Shown: positions 43,206 to 56,732 of the stretch, in pieces
Layout: each line of letters begins with the position of its first letter
Position numbering within the stretch: the stretch's first letter is position 1
Assembly: GCA_951406725.2 (NCBI GenBank)
Contig: OX597816.1
Span: 42,222,001 to 42,286,000, forward strand
From: Octopus vulgaris
Taxonomy: Eukaryota
Direction of reading: 5' to 3'
Length of the DNA: 64,000 bases
Made by a program: the position numbers and the translations under genes
The notes under the pieces: model-generated
What the model was told of the DNA's origin: nothing
The model's input: the letters and a program-made list of their open reading frames with translations, nothing else
Databases searched by the model: none

Positions 43206-45039
43206 AGCCATTCATATATATACATATATAGGAATCAGATAATATTCTATTCAAAATATATCTCGCTCAGATTCATACACTCATTGCAGCGTTCCTTCAA
43301 TTTTTCTAAGTCATGTAAAAGAATTCTCCAGTCAGGCATTTTGCGACACCTTTAAAGCGAGGAACGTTGCAGCATTCCCTCTTTTATGCCCCAGAGTGGC
43401 TGGAAATCTCGAGGTGCAACGAGTAAATATGAACATACTGACAGGCACACACGTGCACACATATACAAATATTTATGTGTATGTGTGTTTGTATATATGA
43501 ATGTATGTATGTATATATAAATGAGTCTCTGTGTTCCTGTTATCAGATTTTCCTGAAACCATTTCTAATTTCTTATTCTTCCTTGAGTATTAAACGAATA
43601 GTTATTGCTGCTATGCGATCGTCTATGTTGTTAATTCTGTAATTTGATTTGTCTCTGCAAAGTATTAAATGACTCCAAAATATGTTAGATACTTATTCGG
43701 AAAATTATATTTAAAATAAGTTCACTGTCACATCTGTAGCAATTTGTTATTTAGTTTTCATCAACATTTTTACATGAGTAAATTTAATCCAATATGTTGC
43801 AGACAAGCATCTAGCTATCTTCCCTCGCAAATTAATGAGAAGATATAAAAAATGTTCATGAAAAACTTCATTATCAAAATAACTTCAAAATGTAAGTTTC
43901 GAGAATTTGAGCGAGTTCGTAAAACTTGAATTGTAGTTTATGGTAAGTATAGGAACTTGATGTTAATGAAAAATCTACTAAAGAATTCTCATATGTAAGA
44001 AATATTTTATTTACCTTTTAAAGTAATAATTTGTCATTAAGTCAAGTTAATGTCCTTGCTATTAACTTATGAATCATGATTGTCATATTTACATATTATC
44101 TGTAGATTGCTGTTGATATTTTCTGTTCTTCTTAACTGCTGTATCCAATAATAATATTGCATTTCGTATAGGAATGAAATTTACTTAAGCTCATCAATTA
44201 GATTAAAACGACAAATCAGTGGCCTACTTTCATTTTGCAACGCGTCGTAAACTTATGTTGAAGTCGTTGGTTATCATTGTAGATACATTCCTGCCTAGTT
44301 TTGCCGTTTAAAGATTTTTCAACAATATTTACATGAAATTGTGATGTTCAATAAAAGTAGATTTAGGCTTAGGAGTATTAAATTCATATATTTTACGTGA
44401 AGTTATAAAATTATTAGTAGATTTATTATAGTCCGATTCATAAACTAAGATTTAGGTATTTATCACCCATAGAACTACTATATCTAGGTAGGAGATAATA
44501 ATTTCTAACTGCCATAAAGAATTCTAGTTACAAAAAGGGGAAGAAATATTGGTAGTTAATTACCATAATTCAGAGAGATATTGGGAAATGTCTGCAAATA
44601 AAAATTCATGAAATTATCTTAAGTGAGAAAAGATCGTAACTACAATAGTATGCGTTAAAAAACAGAAGATACATCGAATAAAATTTTCAACTAATCTAAT
44701 AAAGGAAATAACTTGCCAAATAAACCATACAACCTGAAATAAAGTGCAAATCTGAAAAATTTCAGGACTAACATGTTTATCAATATTTTCTTCCTTACAA
44801 ATTAACAGAAATGGAGCAAATTAAAATACTTTTTCAATCTTTTAGACCACGTCCCCTCCGACAAGCCCCTAACCGAATATTTCCACTATAATAATAACTA
44901 TATCAATATTGTTTCAGTAATGGTTCTGATGAGTCCAAGAAGAAATAAAGATAATATGGAATTGATGAATTTCTACAAATCATTCTTCATTTACATCATT
45001 TCTAGTAAAGAGTAATTTATTTGTGTCCAATGACTTTAC

Positions 45040-45121
45040 CTGTAACCTAGAAAGGTCGATGCTTTGAACTAGATCGTCGCAAGCTTGTCCAAGAAGACAT
45101 ATTTCCTTATTTGCTTCAAAG
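45040..45121 (-). CDS. Candidate 82-nt host exon (FEANKEICLLGQACDDLVQSIDLSRLQ), unidentified
   Basis: Pyrimidine-rich tract plus tacag acceptor; CAG/gtaaag donor; only one frame open. Confidence 0.35.
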
Positions 45122-45629
45122 CTGTATATGTAAGAATTGTTTGCAAACAAGAAATACAAAGGAAACTGCAAAATGCAATGCAGTGTTTACGATATGTGAT
45201 GCAAGGGAAAGCAATGTAGAAATAAAATTGAAGTAAAATACAAAAATTAAATAGTTCACATTTAAACTTTATCCTTCAAGATTGCATTTCGTTAATCGTG
45301 TAAATCGAATATAGAAATAAACTTTTATATACATAGACACATACATGCATATACGAGCATAAAACTTCATACAAGTGCGTGTGAATCTATGTATATATAT
45401 GAATAAAAACTAAGATATAACGTCCTTCCCCAGCCACAGGCTAATAACGTCGGTTTCCCAGATCCTTTAGCCTATATATTCCCCCCTGTACGGTGGACAG
45501 CCGTCCATAGGTGTACTTATTTTAGCTATCTAAATGGAGTGGGGCAATGTGATATGAAATGTTGTGCTCAAAAACAAAACCTTTTGATCATGAGTCCAAC
45601 AACTTATACACTAAGTCTCTATAAGTATA

Positions 45630-46337
45630 CTAGTTGGTCCCTGTGCCGTCAAAAATGACGGCTAATTGTAGTATTTTATATATAAATAAGGTACAAAACC
45701 AAGATTCGGTTTAATAATTCTGTTATTACAAATCTTTTGTGAAAAATCTATCCGCGACTAACATGCTTTGACTAGGAGTTTCCTTCAAAAGAATTTTAAA
45801 GTTTTCCTTCCTTCTTGTCCGGATTGAGGCCACATAGCTCTGGCCATGACTAAATACGGGAGCTGGCAAATAAATACCAAATACACACAGTTGAAACGCT
45901 GTTTGATTTTTCTTTTCAGCGTTGAATGTTAATCATCCCACTTCCATCGCGAGCGCACGCACACACACACAAATACACAAACGCGCGCACACACACACAC
46001 GCACACATTTACATCCCCCTTTAACATACACACACATAAACTCACACAGAGTTTAAACGCTGTTTGGTTTATTTTTCAACGTACAATTTTCATTATCCCA
46101 CTACCAAGTATGACATCACCCCTTCCTTTCTCATTCATAAACACAAGAGTATTATTATAGTAGATTGCATTGTTAACCATGGGAGGTATGAAAATTACAA
46201 ATCACAGCAACACCACCGGATCATTCTACACATCTGTGTAATGTTTCGCGCAATTCCACCCAGCCGTTTGACCTTGAATCCCAAGACAAGAAAATATACA
46301 AGAATGATTCGCCTAAGCTAAATCTTATGTGTATAGA
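45630..46337 (-). mobile_element. Non-autonomous Helitron with Pif1-helicase C-terminal remnant
   Basis: Minus strand 3' CTAG (45633-45630) with hairpin gccgtca-tttt-tgacggc 11 nt upstream; TC 5' end; A|T target; GIYLPAPVFSHGQSYVA at ~45820-45880. Confidence 0.85.
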
Positions 46338-46389
46338 TGAATATATAGATAGAGAGTTGGATACTGGTATAAGAAAGTTATTTTCTACT

Positions 46390-47500
46390 GCAGAACACTC
46401 ATATGTATCTTCAAAAGAAGTATGGAAGAAGACATAAACATACTAACATAGTTTGATTAGCATGAAATAACCTATTAGCTAAAATTGAAACCAATGATTT
46501 GGTAGAAAACTTTAAATCCATTCCTTGCTTGAAAACTATATACAACATTTACTCAAGCTGTCTCAAGCGATTCGTGGTAGATCTTCGTGAGTTCAATAGC
46601 ATATTGAAAGGTGAGCATGAAGATGGAGCGAAGGGAGTGTGGCGATGTCTCTAACAAGTTTTTATAAACAGCTTGTCCAACTTCAGAAAGCACGGCAGAA
46701 AATATTTGGGACAGTATAGTTTGATTATTGACAACTCACGGCTGCTTGTGTCTCTCCACTTGTCAAAAGTATCAATTCGTTATTGACATTGAGCGACGTG
46801 CTGAGAACTGAGCAACAATCTACCCTGCTTACAACTGAGAGTGGAATGACCATCACCGATGACATAACTATTTCAGGAGAATATTGTCAGAATTAAATCC
46901 AATATGAATTCTTTTACAATAGTCTAATTGAAAAATGCTAGGCTGTGCAAGTGCTTCAGATAAGAAGGTAACACATTATATCTTTGTAAATTACCTGAGG
47001 ATTTGTAGTAGAATAAGATTTCCATTTGATATAGAAATAGAATTTGGTCACAAGATTGTTCGTATTTTATTGTTGATCATGGAAAATCCTTCCCTCAAAC
47101 ACTCTATATATCCTGCTCTGCACAGATAATGCTGCACATAATTAAGCAATGATGGAAATATATCATGCGAATGTGCTGTTGAAAATAAAAATAGTGAGAC
47201 TCAAGAATTTTACACCAGATTCTAAAAAACATACGGCAGTCCGAAATCTCTAACAGAAATTTAATATGCCATAATCCATTTGCAGGTAGCATTACTGGTA
47301 CCAATATTTGGAATACTTAGCTTGTCCGTAGCAGAAATGCTTTCTATTGACATTAAAACTTGCAAGGTCCTAGCATTAACAAGTAACTTCCATAGAAACA
47401 GTCTTATTGTCAGATAAAGGAGTAAAAGGCTTGAAATCTATGAGACAGCATTTGAATGTTGTTTATTCTCTTCCGGACAGCATCTGTTAAAACACAGAAG
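46390..47500 (-). pseudogene. Degenerate hAT-like transposase remnant
   Basis: IYFHHCLI resembling the hAT HCxxH motif in ORF 47104-47304; heavily decayed. Confidence 0.4.
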
Positions 47501-47510
47501 CATATATATA

Positions 47511-47927
47511 TTACTCTTTACTCTTTTACTCTTTTACTTGTTTCAGTCATTTGACTGCGGCCATGCTGGAGCACCGCCTTTAGTCGAGCAAATCGACCCC
47601 GGGACTTATTCTTTGTATACCCAGTACTTATTCTATCGGTCTCTTTTGCCGAACCGCTAGGTGACGGGGACGTAAACACACCAGCATCGGTTGTCAAGCA
47701 ATGCTAGGAGGACAAACACAGACACACAAACACACACCCATACATATGTATATATACATATATACGACAGGCTTCTTTCAGTTTCCGTCTACCAAATCCA
47801 CTCACAAGGCATTGGTCGGCCCGGGGCTATAGCAGAAGACACTTGCCCAAGATGCCACGCAGTGGGACTGAACCCCGAACCATGTGGTTGGTTAGCAAGC
47901 TATTTACCACACAGCAACTCCTGCGCC
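47511..47927 (-). mobile_element. tRNA-derived SINE family A (Octopus OR-type/CORE-like), full length
   Basis: tRNA-like head with A/B boxes (tgtgtggta; ggttcagtccc), cttgggcaag core, internal microsatellite, (gagtaaaa)n tail. Confidence 0.85.
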
Positions 47928-47970
<43 letters not shown>

Positions 47971-48089
47971 CTGTGTGTGTAAATTTAGCATTGAAAATCG
48001 ACAGGAACAGTATGCTACATGTCAACAGTGAGCATGTGAGGGAGTTATCTCTCCTCCCTCACCTCTTATACAATCTCCCCAAAATGCAT

Positions 48090-49000
48090 TAACGTTCCCA
48101 AAACACGACCTGCATGTGAAATTGGCAGCATTTTACGACTGATGAATTTATATTGTTAGAAATACCGAAGAGAACTGCAGCCTCTCTTGAACATCATGTC
48201 ACAATTCCAAAAGGGTAAGCTAGAAATCTAAGAGCAGAAGATTTCTTCAAAATAACTAATAAACAAAAGTGATTCTAAAGCACTTTCCAGGTCCAACATG
48301 GAAACCAAAATATTGGCCAAGCTTCATTTCTATGAAACGCAAAATCATGGGAGGCGAAGCTGTTCCGAAATGTCATCTAACTGTCACCTCCCAGTACGAC
48401 ATGAAGTTGTCTTTAAAACAATCTAGAAAGCAATCCGGAAAAAGTTTGTACTGGAATAAATATAGAGAATATTGTCAAATATAGAGAATATTGTCAAATA
48501 CATAAGCAAATACCACCACAAGGTATATTGGCGGAACTTTCTCATGAAAACCTCAACCAAGAGTAAGCATAAAGGTCGTGGCTATAAACCGTCATAGAGC
48601 TCTGATAAATCGCTTCCAAAATTAAAGAGAAAGGGACCGGTATACATGGAATTGAAATTGGGAATATCGATTATTCAACATAAAGACAAGGGAATAGCTA
48701 CAGAAATCTACTGCAGAATTTTCACCAACTACACACAGATTACAAATTCATATCTATATCAATAATACTTGGTTCATTTGCTTCATTGAAAAATCTATTG
48801 CTTTCAAAGAAAGACATCAACGAGATTACCATTCGCCCATCTACAAAACTTTACCCATGTTTAACGTGTGACATCGATTGCTTTTATCTGAATTCCAAAG
48901 ATGATGCATCGTATCTCTGTTTCAAACCAACTTCTTCATTGCAGGAGGTTCTTCAAATAATGAGATATGTGTCGGTGTGGGTCAATGTACGATAAACGCA
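48090..49000 (+). pseudogene. Possible decayed Penelope-like RT/linker remnant
   Basis: Coding-like composition with a PCLTC (CxxC linker) motif; many stops. Confidence 0.3.
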
Positions 49001-49149
49001 TGATGCAGTTTATATCATTTATTTCCTACGTACGTTTCTTCTTGTGCATACTATGCAGTGTATGTTCCAAGTGCAAATGGGCGCTCACGCACAACAATTC
49101 ATTAGAGCACTATATGGCATTATATTTATACAGATGATTCCCAAATGGA

Positions 49150-49460
49150 ATTATAAATGTGTGGTAAGAAGCTTGATTCCCAACAACATAGCTCCTTGTT
49201 CAGTCGTGGCACATAGGGCAAACGTATTCTACTATAGACTCGAGCTGACCAAAGCCTTGTTAATAGATTTGGTAGGCAGAAATTGAAAGAAGCACAACAT
49301 ATATATATATATAGATATGTGTGTGTACGTGTGCGTCTGTGATATTGTATCTGTGTTTGCTCCCTACCGCCAACTGACAGTCGTTGTTGGTGTCTTTACG
49401 TCCCTATAACATAGCAATTCGGCAAAAGACCTGTGATTTCTTGACTGAATCAAGTAAAAG
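49150..49460 (+). mobile_element. SINE family A, old diverged copy
   Basis: gtgtggtaagaagcttg...gaccaaagccttg...gatttggtaggcagaaattgaaagaagc. Confidence 0.65.
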
Positions 49461-49941
49461 ATAAAAGATATAAACTTATACACACATACTATATTCCCAT
49501 AGTACAGTCTCTGCGCAACTAAAAAGAATACAAAAACACTTCTTGCCTCTTTCTCACTTCTGACCAATGGTAGAAATCTTATGAAATAAACTAGTACCTG
49601 TCTTATTTGTCGTTATGTTGCTAGGTAACGACCTAATCAATGAAAATGTTATGCTACAGCAGAAGCTTACTGCAAGGATCACATTGACAGAATCAACAAC
49701 GGCCTGTATTTGAAACAAATTTTAATTGAAGATTTCAATCTCTCTCTCTCCCCGTGTCTCAATCTCTGTTTGTTTGTCTGTCTGTCTGCCTGTCTGTCTG
49801 TCTCTCTCTCTCTATCTATCTATCTATCTACCATGGTTTACATAACTTATATTTGACAGATATTTGTCCCCGTCTTGTTTGTTGTTAAGCTGATCATGTA
49901 TGGAAAAATGGAGGCCACCTCCTCCTGTGGGATGAAGTTAA

Positions 49942-50160
49942 CCCTTTAGTGTTCAGATTACTCTGTTAAATGTAATAATTTTTCACTCAAATTGTTTTGA
50001 ATTAATCATACATTATCTTATAGCTTTGAGGTTTCAATGATGTGATTGTTTGTTTTTAGAATATCAATGTAGGTTAGGCTGAGAGGCTAGATATCGCCCG
50101 TTTGAATGTAAAACATGTAGAATATCTGGACCAGATATGGCCGGTTTAAACACTAAAGGG
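49942..50160. mobile_element. piggyBac-like MITE (219 bp)
   Basis: TTAA on both sides (49938, 50161); TIR ccctttagtgtt/aacactaaaggg. Confidence 0.88.
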
Positions 50161-50367
50161 TTAAAATAATAGATAGAGAAGACCACTGTAAAATGCGATA
50201 ATTAAAAGAAGCAGCACATATATTAGGGCAAGACAACCTCCTGAGCAGGCCGACTGCAGATATGAGTAGCATATGGGAACTATTTGGGAAAATATGGGAA
50301 CATATAGGAACATATGGGAAAATATTAGATTTATAAGCCCAGAAAATTCACTCCATAATTGCCCACG

Positions 50368-50442
50368 GGAAAATGGCGTAGTGGTTCAGAGTGCGGGTTA
50401 CTAACCCCAAGATTCCGAGTTCGATTCCAGACTATCACCTCG

Positions 50443-50474
<32 letters not shown>

Positions 50475-50570
50475 GACAACAAAATTTCCCCAAGAGACCT
50501 GATGAAGGCTGCAAAGTATATAAGCTGAAACGTTGTGTTAACAAGACGATGACAAATATCTCTCAAATCC
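50368..50570 (+). mobile_element. tRNA-like Pol III head, (AAT)n linker and hammerhead motif
   Basis: A box TGGCGTAGTGG at 50374; B box GAGTTCGATTCC at 50417; CTGATGA-aggct..agct-GAAA-cg-TT-gtgt at 50499-50538. Confidence 0.65.
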
Positions 50571-51542
50571 TTTAAATACAGAACTCTATCTATCTATCTA
50601 TCTATCTGTATTTATGTCCCATAAACACCCAGTCATTTTACCGAAAGTCTTTCTTTAAAGGCTATGTTACGCTGTCTATATGTTGAAAAACAATTCTCGC
50701 ACACTCGCACTGAAATACACATATACACAAACAACCGGAAACATAGCTATATGTATTATAGATATACATATAGTTATTTTTTGAAGTCTGTGCTCTGTTG
50801 TATTGACAATCTTGCACTTCAAACTTCCACCATTTTATTCAAAATTTGTTAGCTACTGTATTGACAACATTATCTATCCATTTCTCTCTCTCTCCCCAGC
50901 AAATTTTAGTGTTCCTCTTCTAAATATACCGTGTGACAGAGGTTATCTCCCCTTTTAATGCCTCCCCTTCTTCACCCCCTCTAATAGATGTTGTTATGGG
51001 CATTGATACAGGCATAAGCTTCTCTTTTATAATATATGATGAAGAGATTGAGCAGCAATAAATTTTCAATGGAAAACTTATTTTGGATAGAATATACAGA
51101 AAATTTGATTTGTTAGGTAAAGTGTACGACTTTTAAAATGAATCGATTAATATAAGATTGGCCAAAAAAAAAGAAAAAGAAAAACGATAACCTCCACCGA
51201 CTGCACAGAGATTAATCCAGCTATTCTTGTGTATATTTTATTCTTTATATTTCAGTAAAGAGTCAGATATTCGATAATGGGGACACCTTTTAGTTTGATT
51301 TTAAACAAACTTACTTTTCATACATTATTAATATGAAAAAACTCGAACGCAAATATGAGTGTAATAACAGTATAAAATAGTAAGATTTGAAAGAATTTCG
51401 AAAGACTGCAGTTTAAAATTATATGTAATTGCTTTCGTGACACACTTCACGTATGAAGTTAACCGAAAATATACAAAATAACTTTTTGTTGAATAATCGA
51501 TATTCAAAATTTCAATTCCATGTACACCTATAAAATCTAATT

Positions 51543-51632
<90 letters not shown>

Positions 51633-52082
51633 TGCTGAAACTCTTGTTAAAATATTACCAATTCAGGAAGTGAGATACTTTTCGGAAATCAAGCATTCGT
51701 CAGCTTATCTGGGTTAGTCATAAAATTTTGTTAAATTCTTCCACCTCTCTACATCAAGACGACTTCTGAGTCGTCTATATCAATCTTCCTCTACCGGGAT
51801 CTTAAAATGTGTTGAACATAAAATTTAGATAATTTTCTTTTTTACTCCCTCTACTTATTTTCGTTTCCAGTCCCTGTCTATTCTTTCTGTAGCAGAGAAT
51901 ATGCTCGAAATGTAAATGACTTCTACGTCTTACTAAGTGTAAAATATTTTTCTGTGTGTATGCTTTATTTAACTCACCTTGTGTTTGTCTTACTTTTGTG
52001 CCATATATACATACATATATACATACTTACATACATACATACATATATGTATATATATGCGTATAAGCACATAATATATGTA

Positions 52083-52140
<58 letters not shown>

Positions 52141-52142
<2 letters not shown>

Positions 52143-52280
52143 CGGTTCGGCAAAAAAGACCGATAGAATAAGTACTGGGTTTACAAAAGAATAAGTCCCG
52201 GGGTCGAGTTGCTCGATTAAAGGCGGTGCTCCAGCATGGCCGCAGTCAAATGACTGAAACAAATAAAAGAGTAAAAGAGT
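52141..52280 (+). mobile_element. SINE family A, 3' part
   Basis: Matches 58827-58960. Confidence 0.85.
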
Positions 52281-53876
52281 ATATACATATGTTTACATGA
52301 TACACACATACACATACACACACATACACACACACACACACATATTTGAATGTATTTACATGCACGTATCTATGAATTCATCCATCTATGTATTTATCTA
52401 TATATCTGTCTGTCTGTCTGTCTGTCTATCTACCCATCTATGTAATATGTGTGTGTTTGTATATGTGTATATATGACTGGTTATATTCAGTTTCCGTCTA
52501 TCATATCCACTCCGGAGCGTTAGGACTGTGCGAGGTTAAAGTCCAAGTTACTTACCCAAGCTGTCAACCCTGTACTGGAAAAGAGCGATACAGCAACATC
52601 TATGCCTATTTTGAGAATTCCCTGCAGGTGGATCATTGAATTTCTTTACCATAAACTGGCACATTAATCTTACACACATATGGCTGCTATAGTTGACATT
52701 ACGTTTTGCACATCTAATATGGTCGTGTTCCTGGTTAAATCACTTGTGATTCAGTTGCAGGTAAGTCATCTTTGGTTGAAGGTTCTCTCTAAAGTGTTTA
52801 CCTATTCTTGAAATTATTGAACTATTGTTTGAGAGATATACTTTTAAAGTGATACACAGTTACTGATGTCGTAAGCGGAGAAACAATTAGTTTTAAATAT
52901 CTGAGCGAGGAGTAGTTGGTAACAGTACTACAGAGTAAAATGTATTTGCCAACGTAAATTGGCAGTCCTGGTTAAGATGGTCCTAATACCATTTTTAGCC
53001 GCAAGGAAACATCGTTTCTAGCTGGCTACCGACGCACAACTTCGTCCTTATCGAACAAGCTCTAGTGCTGCCATCTCTAGCCAACGGTTATCCTGTGCTG
53101 CTGAAGAGAAATAACCCCGAAACCATGGTTCTCAGGTACCGTTTAAGGCCGAGTGGGATAATTAGCTCCCTTGTTCGATGTATAAGGACGCAGTTTTGTG
53201 TAAGGAGCCAGTTGGGAGAGATGTTTTCCTGGGGCTAAATAAAGGCATTAACATCGCCCTAATTAAGACTAATAATTTACGTTGGCAAATAGATTTTTCT
53301 ACGTATGAATATTTTAAAGACAATATTTTATTTAAACAGGATTATAACAAATGCTCACTTAAAATGAAGAAACAAGTAAAATATATTCTGGCAGATATAA
53401 ATGTGAGATTATTGCACAGAGAAAGCTTTATAATCTAGCTCGCAATTATGGTAAACTAAGTATCGAAATTTTGCTAGATGCTTAATATTGCTATGTTGCA
53501 CATGTAAGGGAACAAACTATTTTCAAATTTCCGCATATGGCCAGCAATTTGATTTAAGGGTTTAAGTCGATTACATCCACACCAGTGTTTATATAGTACT
53601 TAATTCACCGACCCCGAGGGATTTAAGGCATTGTCCATCTCGGCGGGATTTGAACTCTGAACGTTAAGCCGCAGTAAATGTCACTAACTATTTTCATGAC
53701 GATTCTGTCAGCTATCTGCGTTAATATAGAATAATACATTGCCACTCTTGAATGTTTGAAGGAATATATTCGTTGTAGATTTAAAGGCACACAAACTAGA
53801 GAACTTTTTGACAGACTATATATCTATGTGTGCGCGAGTGTGTGTGTGTGTGTAAAATATATTGTGTGTGTGTGTG

Positions 53877-54132
53877 TGTAAAATATATTGTCTTTAACAC
53901 GTTTATTGTAATTCCAAATTACTGATGTCCTGAGGAATCTCAAGGAATTGCTTATGAAGGGGAGGTAATAACAATTCATTTATCAATTCCCATTATACAT
54001 ACGCGCGTATGTATAATGGGAATTGATAAATGAATTGTTATTACCTCCCCTTCATAAGCAATTCCTTGAGATTCCTCAGGACATCAGTAATTTGGAATTA
54101 CAATAAACGTGTTAAAGACAATATATTTTACA
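53877..54132. repeat. 256-bp spacerless palindrome
   Basis: Centre acgc|gcgt at 54004/54005; the arms appear to be exact reverse complements by eye. Confidence 0.92.
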
Positions 54133-54251
54133 GGCCCATTTATAATGGATATTCGTAAAATAGGTAGGAGCTACATGAGTGTAAAATTATTAAACATAAC
54201 AAATGATCTACTACATAGAAAATATATGCAATTCCAATATATACATATATA

Positions 54252-54799
54252 CAGCAATCTCTCACCATATCGCGATTCAGCTATCGCGCATTCAGTACTT
54301 CGCGGTTCACCTATCGCGCATTCGGTACATGCCGGTTCACTTATCGTGCACTCCGTATATCGTGGATATTTCTGCCTAAATTCATATCACGGACTCCTCT
54401 GTAAATTGCGAGGATTTGCGGCCAATAGGAATTTATATTTTGTTTTTAGATTTCGATTATTTCTGTGGTGAACTAAGCATTTTCCCACCTAAAAATTAAT
54501 AAATTAATAAATAAAAATAGAGTGGATTAATGCTCTGTATAACACATTAATTAGATATGTTACAAGAACATTCGTAGTGTACCGTAAATGAGTGAAGAAA
54601 GAATGTCAAATATTGTATGGAAAACGAAACTCGGGAGGCGAGAGTGTGGTATTGTTTTGCATTTACAATAAAATAAATATATAGAAATTATAAAAATGAT
54701 AAGATATATACACATTACAGTACTATATCTATCTCGCGGATTTTCACCTATCGCGGGTGGTTTTACAATGTACCAACCGCGATAGTCGAGAGATTACTG
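54252..54799. mobile_element. pogo/Tigger-like (Tc1/mariner) MITE with subterminal 30-bp repeats
   Basis: ta|cagcaatctctc..tatcgcg and cgcgatagtcgagagattactg TIRs; three 30-bp units at 54271-54360. Confidence 0.7.
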
Positions 54800-54865
54800 T
54801 GTATGTATATGTATGTATGTATGTCTGGATGTATGTATGTATATATATATGTATATATATGTATA

Positions 54866-54923
<58 letters not shown>

Positions 54924-54928
54924 AATAT

Positions 54929-54967
<39 letters not shown>

Positions 54968-56209
54968 AACAGTATTGTACATAATTTCCTTCTCGAAACG
55001 TTCACTCACGAGTCATTTGACCGCCAGGGTTGTAAAAAAGACATAACGGTAGGGCAGAACCCGAAACAATCTTGCTGCAAGGGAGGTTTTCAACTATACA
55101 ACTAAATCTACGAAACATGGCATGGAGCGTAATGTTAAATCCTTAAATCCTTCACTAAATCCTGCATTAAAATACCATTTCAGTAGGTACAAATATTAAC
55201 ATAGAAATCATATGAAGCTTACTACACCATTGTTTTATAGAATCTTGATTTTATTTGGCATAAGTATTAATCTCTATCATTACAGATATACCCAATATCT
55301 TACGTTAATCTTTAAATGAAACAGACATTGCACGTTAAGGTAGTGTAACGCAAGTGTAGCAATAACTTCATGCCTCTGTCAATGCAAGTAAGTAGATCAG
55401 CTAACATTTTCACAAAGTGATCCACAGTAGGCTGCCATTAATTTTAAATGTCAAATTCACCACATCAAATATCCGTATGATTTCTCTCAGGAAACGGATA
55501 TCACTTCTGAATTAGAGATACGTTTAAATCTGATCTTTTTCATGTATTAAGTCTGTATTGTTCTTCTGGATCGGTTCTTTCATTCGTATGACTCGGTGTG
55601 TAGCTATTACTTGTCCTCACATCATTCTTTCTCACTCTCACGCACAGTCCAGCTCTCTCTCTATCCCTCTCTCTAACACTTTATATATGTCTCCTTCTCT
55701 CTCATTCTCTCTCTGTCTTTGTATATATATGTGTGTGTATGTGTGTCTGTGTGTCTGTTAGCGCACGCGTTTATTTAAGTGTGTGTGCGTGTTTATAGTT
55801 GTATGTGAACTTGAACGTTATGCCTGAACATTAGAACTGAACTTTAGATGATAAATACAAAACACCAAAGTATACTATATCAAAAGTCAAACTAAATTTC
55901 ACGTAACATTCTCAAGCGGAATAAACAATGGAGGAAACCGGCATCATCACAATATTCTCCGTAGCAACATCCTTAGTATCAGCGCATCTAAAGCTACGAC
56001 TGAATAGCTAACGTTCTATTGAATATTTATAAAAATTCAAATTTTTGATTAAAATTATGAGACGATAAAGAATAACTAGAAATTATACCAAATGTAATTG
56101 TAGTTGAATGCACACACACACACACGTAGATGCACACACGCACACATATGCACACATTTTTCTATCTAACTTTCTATGTATCACGCTCTTTCTCTGTAAA
56201 CATATATGC

Positions 56210-56298
<89 letters not shown>

Positions 56299-56299
56299 C

Positions 56300-56351
<52 letters not shown>

Positions 56352-56552
56352 TATATATATAAAGTAGAAGAAATAGCTAACGTTTTTTGGCTGCTATTTC
56401 TAAACTTCGGTATGTGGTAAAGCAAATCTTTGCTGAACCCTAATTATTAAGTATTACTTAAGTTTACCATGAAATGGTCCTTTTTTCATGCCAAATTCTA
56501 CTTGGTGAAATTATTGATTACTTCTTAATTAATTAATTTTACCCTTTTTTAT

Positions 56553-56605
<53 letters not shown>

Positions 56606-56684
56606 AAAAGTCAAATTAGATCACAGCACTAGTAACAGTTAAGCTTCGTGCAATGGCCATACTCGATAACGAGGAGGCAGCCAT

Positions 56685-56729
<45 letters not shown>

Positions 56730-56732
<3 letters not shown>

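Noticed and set aside
44925-44950. CTGATGAgtcc
   Set aside because: No complementary stem II or stem III
50368-50440. Functional tRNA gene
   Set aside because: Acceptor and anticodon stems are imperfect; no poly-T terminator, and it runs into (AAT)n; treated as a SINE-like head
51670-51920. ctgacga..gaaa (minus strand) and ctcgaaatgta fragments
   Set aside because: Stems do not form; probably decayed elements but unsupported
54271-54360. CRISPR-like 30-bp repeats
   Set aside because: Tandem without spacers, inside a MITE, eukaryotic context, no cas genes
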